Below are positions 57,229 through 64,000 of a stretch of 64,000 nt of DNA, piece by piece. The stretch spans positions 3,609-67,608 of the forward strand of contig CAZIKB010000002.1 in assembly GCA_964539665.1 (NCBI GenBank), read 5' to 3'. This DNA is from an uncultured Cytophagia bacterium. GTDB lineage: Bacteria > Zhuqueibacterota > Zhuqueibacteria > Oceanimicrobiales > Oceanimicrobiaceae. A program made the translations under genes and the position numbers. The notes beneath the pieces were generated by a model. It worked only from the letters and a program-made list of their open reading frames with translations, did not search any database and was not told the origin of the DNA. Within the stretch, counting starts at the first letter, position 1. Each line of letters begins with the position of its first letter.

Positions 57229-58674
57229 TTGATTCGAAACCAGATGCAAATTCTACAACTCTATTCCGGGCAAAATATTAATACAGGAGATTATGTTTAC
57301 CGCATCCAACATCCCGCGACAGGACTTTCAACCATAAAGGGCGTTACAGTTGACAACATGGATTTATTGCAGGTAAACAGTAAATCTATATTAATCTATG
57401 CTCCCCTGCTGATTTTGCACCATTTATCCGATCCAGACCTACTCCCAATTGTATCTGAACGGCGGAAACTCGGTTTACCGACAATTTATGAATTAGCAGA
57501 CAATTTTCGTGCATCTCAGCCACACAGGCCGGAAGCACAGCAGAAAGGTTCACCGGAATACCATATAGTTATGGAAGAACTGCTCCGACGGTGCGATGCA
57601 GTGCAAACAACTGGTCAGGCTTTAAGAAAGCGCTATCATCAGTTAAATAATAATTTCATTATTTTCCCAAACCTGATTGATAAAGTGAATGTCAGAAAAA
57701 CACATCAAGGTTGTACTGGCAAATTGACCATTGGTTGGGGAGGTTCAGCTCGCCACTTTGCCGATCTTGCTAATTTTGCACCGGCGATCATTGATTGGGT
57801 GCTCCAACATTCAGATGTAAGATTAGCCATCATGGGAAGTAAAAAAATTCAAACATTGTTTAAAAAACTGCCTTCGGTGCAACTGATAATTCAAAATCCA
57901 GGAAATTTAGATGAGTATTTGTCTTTTTTAGATAAACTGGATATTGGTATAGCGCCATTGCATGAAACTGAATTTAATGCATGTCGTTCCGACGTGAAAT
58001 ATTTAGAGTACGCTTCCCGCGAGGTTGTGCCGCTTTGCAGCCGTTATGGTCCCTATTCTGAGTTAAATGATAATGGACAAAATGTCCTGCTGTTCGAAGA
58101 CACACACGAACTTATTCAGCGATTGGAGTTTTTACGCACAAATCCTGAGAAAATAAAACAAATCGCACAAGCAGCAAGACTGTGGGTTGAAAAACACCGT
58201 TCGTTTCATAAAAAACACTGGGAATATAGATTAAACATTTACAAACAATTACTGAGTAAAAATAGCAGAGAAGACAAATCAATCCCAAAAAAATCTTATC
58301 ATGAAGTCAATTCGAACGTTAATAAATTGCTAATTCAAGGCATTGATACTTCTGAATCTGAAGAATCGCTTTACTATTTAAAGAAAACGGTCGATTTATA
58401 CTCTGATAATTATCAGGCTCATTACTTTTATGGCTGGACTCTATGTAAATCGGGAAATTATCCATTAGCAATAAAAGCGCTGAAACAAGCGCTGATGATT
58501 CGACCTGATTCTATCCGAACGGCTCAATTACTCGCACAAATTTTTTTATTATCGGGAGATTTTAAATCGGCATTGCATTCCGTAGATAAAGCCTTAAACA
58601 TTGAACCAGGTCTGGATACGTTATTGCAGTTGAAAACAACTATATTACAGTTAAAAAAAATGTCGAATACCTAA
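57229..58674 (+). CDS. GT-B-fold (GT1/GT4-like) glycosyltransferase with C-terminal TPR repeats
   Basis: The central region EYASREVVPLCSRYGPYSELNDNGQNVLLFEDTHELIQRLEFL resembles the C-terminal E-x7-E-type motif of group-1 glycosyltransferases. The last 110 aa or so are TPRs. The ORF-track start is a TTG, and the real start is probably the ATG at 57244. Confidence 0.5.
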   Translation: MIRNQMQILQLYSGQNINTGDYVYRIQHPATGLSTIKGVTVDNMDLLQVNSKSILIYAPLLILHHLSDPDLLPIVSERRKLGLPTIYELADNFRASQPHRPEAQQKGSPEYHIVMEELLRRCDAVQTTGQALRKRYHQLNNNFIIFPNLIDKVNVRKTHQGCTGKLTIGWGGSARHFADLANFAPAIIDWVLQHSDVRLAIMGSKKIQTLFKKLPSVQLIIQNPGNLDEYLSFLDKLDIGIAPLHETEFNACRSDVKYLEYASREVVPLCSRYGPYSELNDNGQNVLLFEDTHELIQRLEFLRTNPEKIKQIAQAARLWVEKHRSFHKKHWEYRLNIYKQLLSKNSREDKSIPKKSYHEVNSNVNKLLIQGIDTSESEESLYYLKKTVDLYSDNYQAHYFYGWTLCKSGNYPLAIKALKQALMIRPDSIRTAQLLAQIFLLSGDFKSALHSVDKALNIEPGLDTLLQLKTTILQLKKMSNT

Positions 58675-58700
58675 TTTCGGTCTTAGTAATAAATATATTT

Positions 58701-60446
58701 ATGATTAAAAGGAAATACTTCTCTTATTCAGAATTAAAAAATTCTATCTTCGCCAAGAATCTGTTTTCACTTGTTGAATTCAACTCAGCTTTGATTAAGT
58801 CCCTTCAGGAAGAATCTATTCATGAACATTTGCGACTCTTTTATGATGACAAAGGATTTATAAATGCTGATTATTTGATAAGCAGGAAATTCGCATATTT
58901 ATACTCCAAGCGGCCCAGTGTCCAGATTCCCACATTTTATAATGAATGGTTAGATATTAAAAAACCGGCGCTTTTGTTTGGGATTGGCTTAGGTTATGGA
59001 TTAAAATATTTATTGGACCAATCGTCGATACCTAAGATATATGTTTATGAACGGGACAAGAGTCTCTTAAAAATAGCTTTAACTCTCAATGATTACGCGT
59101 CCCAGATAGTCGCAAACAGGTTGGTAATTGTTCCTCAGGAAGAAATTTTCACCCTTGCCGGTAAAGGCATTGAGGCTATTCTTCCTGAACCATTGCTATT
59201 AATCGAAAACCAACTGGAATATCTCACTATTTCCCGGATGATTAATAACGGTGAAATATCTTCAAAACGTGCCGTGTTTTTTAAAGGCACTCTTTATGTT
59301 CTTGATTGTGCCACGACATTGTTTGACCAGGGTTGGGATGTTCTTGAAATTGATCAGTCTGTTTTAAGTCTACAAAAGATTCAACAATTACTCGACGTAC
59401 TCAAACCCGAGCTTGTATTTCAAATTAACTATCTGAATAAAATTGAGCAAATTAGTCATGAAAGAGCAGTAGTAGTATGGCACATTGATCCGATTGCTTC
59501 ACCTATTCCTGAAGTTGAGCCATCTCAGGTAAATAATTTATACATTTTCACGCACAATCCTGAACATCTTTTAGAAAGCCAGGACTTGGGTTATAAACAT
59601 TTTGATTATTTACCTCTTTGTGCGGTTACCCATAAATTCTATCCACGGAAACTCGACTCCAGAATCCAGAAACGTTTTGGCTGTGATGTTTCATTTGTAG
59701 GTTCTTTGATGTTTGAAAATCAGCACAGGCTATTAACTACGCTTTTTAATGCATTAGAAATACTCAAAAAAGAACAAAACGAAGCCTGGGGTATAATCCA
59801 CGAATGGATTACACAAATAATTTCTGCTCCTCTTGTTGGAAGCAAAGATTATCGAATCATTGAAGAGCTGCAGGATATATTAAAAACACACGATTTACCT
59901 GATGTCATAAAAATAAATGATAGCGATATTTATGTAGCTGCACCGGTGGAGGAGTTTTTAGCGTATTTATGGCGGAAACAGGTGATATCGGCGCTGGTTC
60001 CAGGCGGTATTCATATTTGGGGTACAGACGAATGGAAACCTGATTTTCCTCAAAATTATCGAGGTACTGCAGATCATTATCTTGATTTGCCCAAGATATA
60101 TATTGCCTCAAAAATCAACTTAGATATTTCCCGCATCAATCAACCAAATATTATCACCATGCGGGTATTTGATATTTTAGCCTGTGGCGGATTTGTGCTG
60201 GCTGATAGAAATGAATCACTGTTAGAGTTCTTTAAGGAAAATTGGGATATTGTATGTTATGATACTGCTGAGGAAGCCGTAGATAAAAGTAATTATTATC
60301 TCAATCATGAAAGCGACCGCATTAGAATTTCACAAAGAGGTTATCAGAAGGTTGTTAATTCACACACATTTGTCCACCGAATCAATCACATTTTGACAAA
60401 GACCGGTCAAAAAAATCAGCGTCAGTATTCAGTTAATTCTAACTGA
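58701..60446 (+). CDS. Two-domain protein: an N-terminal Rossmann-like (methyltransferase-like, GxGxGYG) domain fused to a CgeB-family (Glyco_trans_1_2 / DUF3880-like) glycosyltransferase-like C-terminal domain
   Basis: N-terminus LLFGIGLGYGLKYLLD...IYVYERD. C-terminus ITMRVFDILACGGFVLADRNESLLEFFKENWDIVCYD...SHTFVHRINHIL, matching the remembered CgeB-like RvFEalACG motif. It is a paralog of 61784-63502. Confidence 0.6.
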   Translation: MIKRKYFSYSELKNSIFAKNLFSLVEFNSALIKSLQEESIHEHLRLFYDDKGFINADYLISRKFAYLYSKRPSVQIPTFYNEWLDIKKPALLFGIGLGYGLKYLLDQSSIPKIYVYERDKSLLKIALTLNDYASQIVANRLVIVPQEEIFTLAGKGIEAILPEPLLLIENQLEYLTISRMINNGEISSKRAVFFKGTLYVLDCATTLFDQGWDVLEIDQSVLSLQKIQQLLDVLKPELVFQINYLNKIEQISHERAVVVWHIDPIASPIPEVEPSQVNNLYIFTHNPEHLLESQDLGYKHFDYLPLCAVTHKFYPRKLDSRIQKRFGCDVSFVGSLMFENQHRLLTTLFNALEILKKEQNEAWGIIHEWITQIISAPLVGSKDYRIIEELQDILKTHDLPDVIKINDSDIYVAAPVEEFLAYLWRKQVISALVPGGIHIWGTDEWKPDFPQNYRGTADHYLDLPKIYIASKINLDISRINQPNIITMRVFDILACGGFVLADRNESLLEFFKENWDIVCYDTAEEAVDKSNYYLNHESDRIRISQRGYQKVVNSHTFVHRINHILTKTGQKNQRQYSVNSN

Positions 60447-60458
60447 CAGGAAAATTTT

Positions 60459-61610
60459 ATGAAAACACTACGGTTAATTTTCGCGGATGGTTCCTGGGTT
60501 TACAATGGAAATTCACCTGAAAATAAACCATTGGGCGGCTCCGAATCAGCATTGGTTTATCTGACCCGGGCATTAGCAAAACTTGGTCATGACGTTCGCG
60601 TTTATAACAACTGCAATACGCCGGGCATATACCATGGAGTACATTATCATCGGTTAAAAGAGATTAAACAGGCAAACAGATTTATTTATTCAGACGCTTT
60701 TATATCGCTTCGTAATCCGCGGGTTTTTCGATTATGGCTAAATTCTGGCGCTTGCATATTATGGGCTCAAGATGCCTTTGACCAGACGTATCTACAAAAT
60801 CTCAAATCAAATGCAGATATCAGACGAAATATTGACAGCATTTTCTGTATCAGCAGATGGCAGGCCTGGACATTCATGAACCATTTCCACTGGCCTAAAC
60901 AGAAAATTTTTCTAACCCGCAATGCTATATGGCCTGAGTATTTTCCGAATAAATTTTTAGAACCAGAAGGGCATCGTATGGTTTATACCAGCACGCCCTT
61001 TCGGGGACTCGAACTACTATTGCAGCTTTTTCCAAAAATCTACCAATCAGTGCCAAAAGCTGAACTTCATGTATTCAGCAGCATGCAAGTCTACCAACAA
61101 AGCAAAGAGGACGATCAGAAAGAGCACGGCCACATTTATAATCTTGCAAAGCAGCCCGGGGTGATTATGCACGGTTCTGTTGGCCAGAAGGAGTTAGCCT
61201 CCGAGCTTGTCAAATGCCGGGTGTTTGCTTATCCCAATATTTTTCCTGAAACTTCCTGTATAGCAGCAATGGAGGCACTGGCGGCGGGCTGTGCCGCGGT
61301 CACATCACGGTTGGCCGCTCTGCCTGAAACTGTCGGACCGGGTGGTGTGCTAATCAATGGCATGCCGGGTACCGATACATTTAATGAAGCTTTTGTAGAA
61401 AATTGCATCCGTTTATTAACAGACCAAACTTTCTGGCGTAAGAATGCAATTGCCGGCCGGGACTGGATATTAAACCACTTTACCTGGGAAAAAGTCGCAC
61501 TTGAATGGAGCGAGCAAATTAATAAAATTGTTCAAAGAAACCAGCAAACGGTGGATGACCTTGAAGGATGGCAACCTGAGATACGTTGGAGCGATAAACA
61601 GCATGCTTGA
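60459..61610 (+). CDS. Group-1 (GT-B) glycosyltransferase
   Basis: 383 aa. N-terminus PLGGSESALVYLTRALAKLGHDV. The C-terminal Rossmann half carries FPETSCIAAMEALAAGCAAVTSRLAALPETVG (EX7E-like). It is a paralog of the partial gene at 63541. Confidence 0.75.
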   Translation: MKTLRLIFADGSWVYNGNSPENKPLGGSESALVYLTRALAKLGHDVRVYNNCNTPGIYHGVHYHRLKEIKQANRFIYSDAFISLRNPRVFRLWLNSGACILWAQDAFDQTYLQNLKSNADIRRNIDSIFCISRWQAWTFMNHFHWPKQKIFLTRNAIWPEYFPNKFLEPEGHRMVYTSTPFRGLELLLQLFPKIYQSVPKAELHVFSSMQVYQQSKEDDQKEHGHIYNLAKQPGVIMHGSVGQKELASELVKCRVFAYPNIFPETSCIAAMEALAAGCAAVTSRLAALPETVGPGGVLINGMPGTDTFNEAFVENCIRLLTDQTFWRKNAIAGRDWILNHFTWEKVALEWSEQINKIVQRNQQTVDDLEGWQPEIRWSDKQHA

Positions 61611-61783
61611 AATACAAAAGTGATTCACAAAATATTGTCTAATTTGTCACGCCCAGCTGCTGACACTTTACATCATGCAGAGACAATTTTTATCAGGCGA
61701 TCATAACTCACCTGGATTCCCGTATAAACATTGCGGGAATGACAGTATATTAGGTATTTTTCACAGTTATGTACATCAGATAA

Positions 61784-63502
61784 ATGAAAAATCGAAATTA
61801 CATTTCTTATTCAGATTTAACAGATTCAATCTTCACCAAGAACCTTTTTGGTTTATCAAAAATTAATGAATCCCTGATCAAGTCCCTCAAAACCGAGCAA
61901 ATTCATAATAAATTGCGTCTCTTCAAGGATGATAATGATTTTGTAAATGGTGCATATTTCGTCAACAAAAGATTTTGTAGATTCTTCAACAATCCCCCGG
62001 ATAAACTAATTCCCATTTTTTTTGATGAGTGGTTAGATCTAAAGAAGCCAAGTCTTTTGTTTGGTATTGGATTGGGCTACGGATTGAAATATCTGTTGGA
62101 TAATTCAGACATACCTGAGTTATATGTTTATGAACGGGATAAAAGCCTGCTTAAAGTAGCTTTAACCCTGCATGATTTTGCTTCACAGATTCTAATACGG
62201 AGGTTGGTGATTGTTCCCCAGGAAGAAATATTTACTCTGGCGGATAAGGGGATTGATTCCGTCCTTCCAGGACCCCTGCTGTTTAGAGAAAACAAAGTGG
62301 AATATCTCACTATATCCCGCATGCTCAAAACCGGTTTAATATCTAACAAACGAGCAGTGATTTTTTCAGGGAGCTTATTTATCATTGATTGTGCGACTAC
62401 CCTCTATGATCAGGGATGGGACGTCCTGGAAATAGACCAGGATGTATTAACTGGTCAAAAGGTACAACACTTACTAAATGCACTTAATCCTGACCTCGTA
62501 TTGCAAATAAACCTTCAAGAACAGATTCAGCAATACCGTCAGAATAGGATTGTGGTAGAATGGGAGATAGACCCCATGGCCTCCCCTATTCCAGCAGTTG
62601 ATCCATCCGAAAATGGCAACCTGTTTGTCTTTACCCACAATCCTGATCGTATTTCAACCTATCAGGAAAAGGATTACTCGCACATTGAATATTTGCCATT
62701 GTGTGCAAATCCGCATAAATTTTCTCCGGTTAAATTGGCTCCTGATTCTCATAAACGATTTGGCTGTGACGTTTCTTTTGTAGGTTCACTGATGCTTGAT
62801 ACTCAACAAAATTTATTAAACGTGCTCTTTGACACATTAAGCATACTTTCTGGTGACGGAAACAAGTCCTGGGAAGCTGTCCACACCTGGATTACAAAGT
62901 TAACCTCAAGCCCACCTGATGGCAGTAAAAAACTACAATTAATTAAGGAGTTAAAGTATCTTTTAAAAGCTTCCGATTTACCTGAAGAGGTATCTGTAAA
63001 CGATAGCTATCTTCTTGTAACTGCGCCAGTTGAGGAGTTCCTGGCGTTTTTATGGCGAAAACAAGTAATCACGGCAATGGTTCCACTGGGCATTCACATT
63101 TGGGGTAAGGAAGAGTGGAAAACTGATTTCCATTCCAACTATCGAGGAAAAGCGGATCATTACCTTGATTTGCCTAAAATATATAGAGCTTCAAAAATTA
63201 ACCTTGATATTTCTCGCACCAGTCAACCCAATATTATTACCATGCGGGTGTTTGATGTGTTAGCTTGCGGGAGATTTATACTGGCAGACAGGAATGAAAC
63301 GCTGTTAGAATTGTTCAAAGAAGATTGGGATATTGTTTGTTATGATACTCAGGAAGAAGCCGTTGACAAAATAAATTTTTACATCCATCACGAAATTGAC
63401 CGCACAAAAATTACTGAAAGAGGTTATGAAAAGGTAGTGAATTCACACACATTTGCGCACCGTCTCAATCACATCTTGAAAGAGACCGGTCTAAAGATTT
63501 GA
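61784..63502 (+). CDS. Second copy of the Rossmann-like + CgeB-like fusion protein
   Basis: 572 aa, collinear with 58701-60446 and highly similar to it over its full length (for example LLFGIGLGYGLKYLLDNSDIPELYVYERDKSLLKVALTL and ITMRVFDVLACGRFILADRNETLLELFKEDWDIVCYD). Confidence 0.6.
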   Translation: MKNRNYISYSDLTDSIFTKNLFGLSKINESLIKSLKTEQIHNKLRLFKDDNDFVNGAYFVNKRFCRFFNNPPDKLIPIFFDEWLDLKKPSLLFGIGLGYGLKYLLDNSDIPELYVYERDKSLLKVALTLHDFASQILIRRLVIVPQEEIFTLADKGIDSVLPGPLLFRENKVEYLTISRMLKTGLISNKRAVIFSGSLFIIDCATTLYDQGWDVLEIDQDVLTGQKVQHLLNALNPDLVLQINLQEQIQQYRQNRIVVEWEIDPMASPIPAVDPSENGNLFVFTHNPDRISTYQEKDYSHIEYLPLCANPHKFSPVKLAPDSHKRFGCDVSFVGSLMLDTQQNLLNVLFDTLSILSGDGNKSWEAVHTWITKLTSSPPDGSKKLQLIKELKYLLKASDLPEEVSVNDSYLLVTAPVEEFLAFLWRKQVITAMVPLGIHIWGKEEWKTDFHSNYRGKADHYLDLPKIYRASKINLDISRTSQPNIITMRVFDVLACGRFILADRNETLLELFKEDWDIVCYDTQEEAVDKINFYIHHEIDRTKITERGYEKVVNSHTFAHRLNHILKETGLKI

Positions 63503-63540
63503 TGACAGGATGCAGACCGTATTAACTTTTAAGGACAAAA

Positions 63541-64000
63541 CATGAAATCACTACGTCTGACTTTTTGGGATCATTCCTGGAGATACGATGGAAGCACGCC
63601 GGAGAATTATCCGTTAGGCGGGTCTCAGTCTGCTTTGGTCTATCTCACCCGTGTATTAGCAAAACTTGGGCATGATGTTCATATTTACAACAATTGTGAA
63701 TCGCCGGGAATTTTTCATGGAGTACATTTTCACCAGATTAAAGAACTCCATAAGGCCACCAGGTTTATATACACGGATGCATTTATTTCGCTTCGAGATC
63801 CACGGATTTTTCCTTATTGGTTGAATGCAGGAGTGCGAATATTATGGGCTCAGGATGCTTATGATCAGGAGGCCATTAATGGATTAAAAACAGATGAAGC
63901 TGTAAGACAAAATATTGATTACATATTTTGCATAAGCAGATGGCAGGCCTGGACATTTATAAATCACTTTCATTGGCCTGCCAGAAAAATATATATTACA
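63541..64000 (+). CDS. Second copy of the group-1 glycosyltransferase (5' part; the gene runs off the window)
   Basis: MKSLRLTFWDHSWRYDGSTPENYPLGGSQSALVYLTRVLAKLGHDVHIYNNCESPG... is collinear with and highly similar to 60459-61610. Confidence 0.7.

Noticed and set aside
1-64000. A search for rRNA, tRNA, CRISPR arrays, IS elements, transposases, integrases and phage genes
   Set aside because: No cloverleaf-compatible tRNA candidates were seen. There are no regularly spaced direct repeats and no transposase, integrase or recombinase-like ORFs. Composition looks uniform across the window, so no mobile element or island boundary is claimed.

Overview
This 64 kb window is AT-rich by eye (not computed) and comes from a flagellated diderm bacterium, since it encodes the L-ring and P-ring genes flgH and flgI. 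The many propeller/Y_Y_Y hybrid sensor kinases and TPR proteins fit an FCB-group-like lineage, but that lineage call is a guess. Four blocks are visible.

(1) 1-16.4 kb is a minus-strand catabolic locus. It holds a carbohydrate ABC importer (a substrate-binding protein and two permeases, with no ATPase in the window) followed by an iron-ADH / glycerol-1-phosphate-dehydrogenase-like gene that runs off the window. Next is a very large periplasmic-propeller hybrid sensor kinase with three receiver domains, split by an in-frame TAA. The block also has a secreted glycerophosphodiester phosphodiesterase lipoprotein, a secreted metallophosphoesterase, a PfkB kinase, a GlpT/UhpT-family transporter, a Zn-ADH and a GntR-HTH/LacI-domain regulator.

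(2) 16.8-19.0 kb encodes a soluble histidine kinase and an NtrC-type sigma-54 activator. A perfect TGGCAC-N5-TTGC promoter lies directly in front of flgB.

(3) 19.3-53.2 kb is a nearly contiguous flagellar super-operon. The order is flgBC-(small ORF)-fliEFGHIJ-(ORF)-fliK-flgD-(ORF)-flgE-motAB-fliL-fliNOPQR-(two HD-GYP genes)-flhBAF-fliA-(three non-flagellar ORFs)-flgFGAHIJ-flgN-flgKL. A second perfect sigma-54 promoter lies before flgF. fliM, flhG, flgM, fliD and fliS are not in the window.

(4) 53.3-64 kb is a flagellin locus. A short flagellin gene is surrounded by TPR and glycosyltransferase genes, including a tandemly duplicated two-gene module (a CgeB-like fusion protein plus a GT1 glycosyltransferase). 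This looks like a flagellin glycosylation island.

I recognised no rRNA, tRNA, CRISPR array or IS/transposase.

The most unusual items are these:
- a pair of small disordered paralogous proteins that end in the shared motif G-(Q/R)-I-I-D-I-x-I, one sitting between flgC and fliE and one just after fliA;
- a tandem HD-GYP pair inside the export-apparatus operon, in which the second copy carries YD in place of the catalytic HD;
- an AMIN-domain single-pass membrane protein where flhG would normally be;
- an in-frame stop inside the sensor kinase;
- structured RNA-like hairpins flanking flgE and following the AMIN-protein gene.
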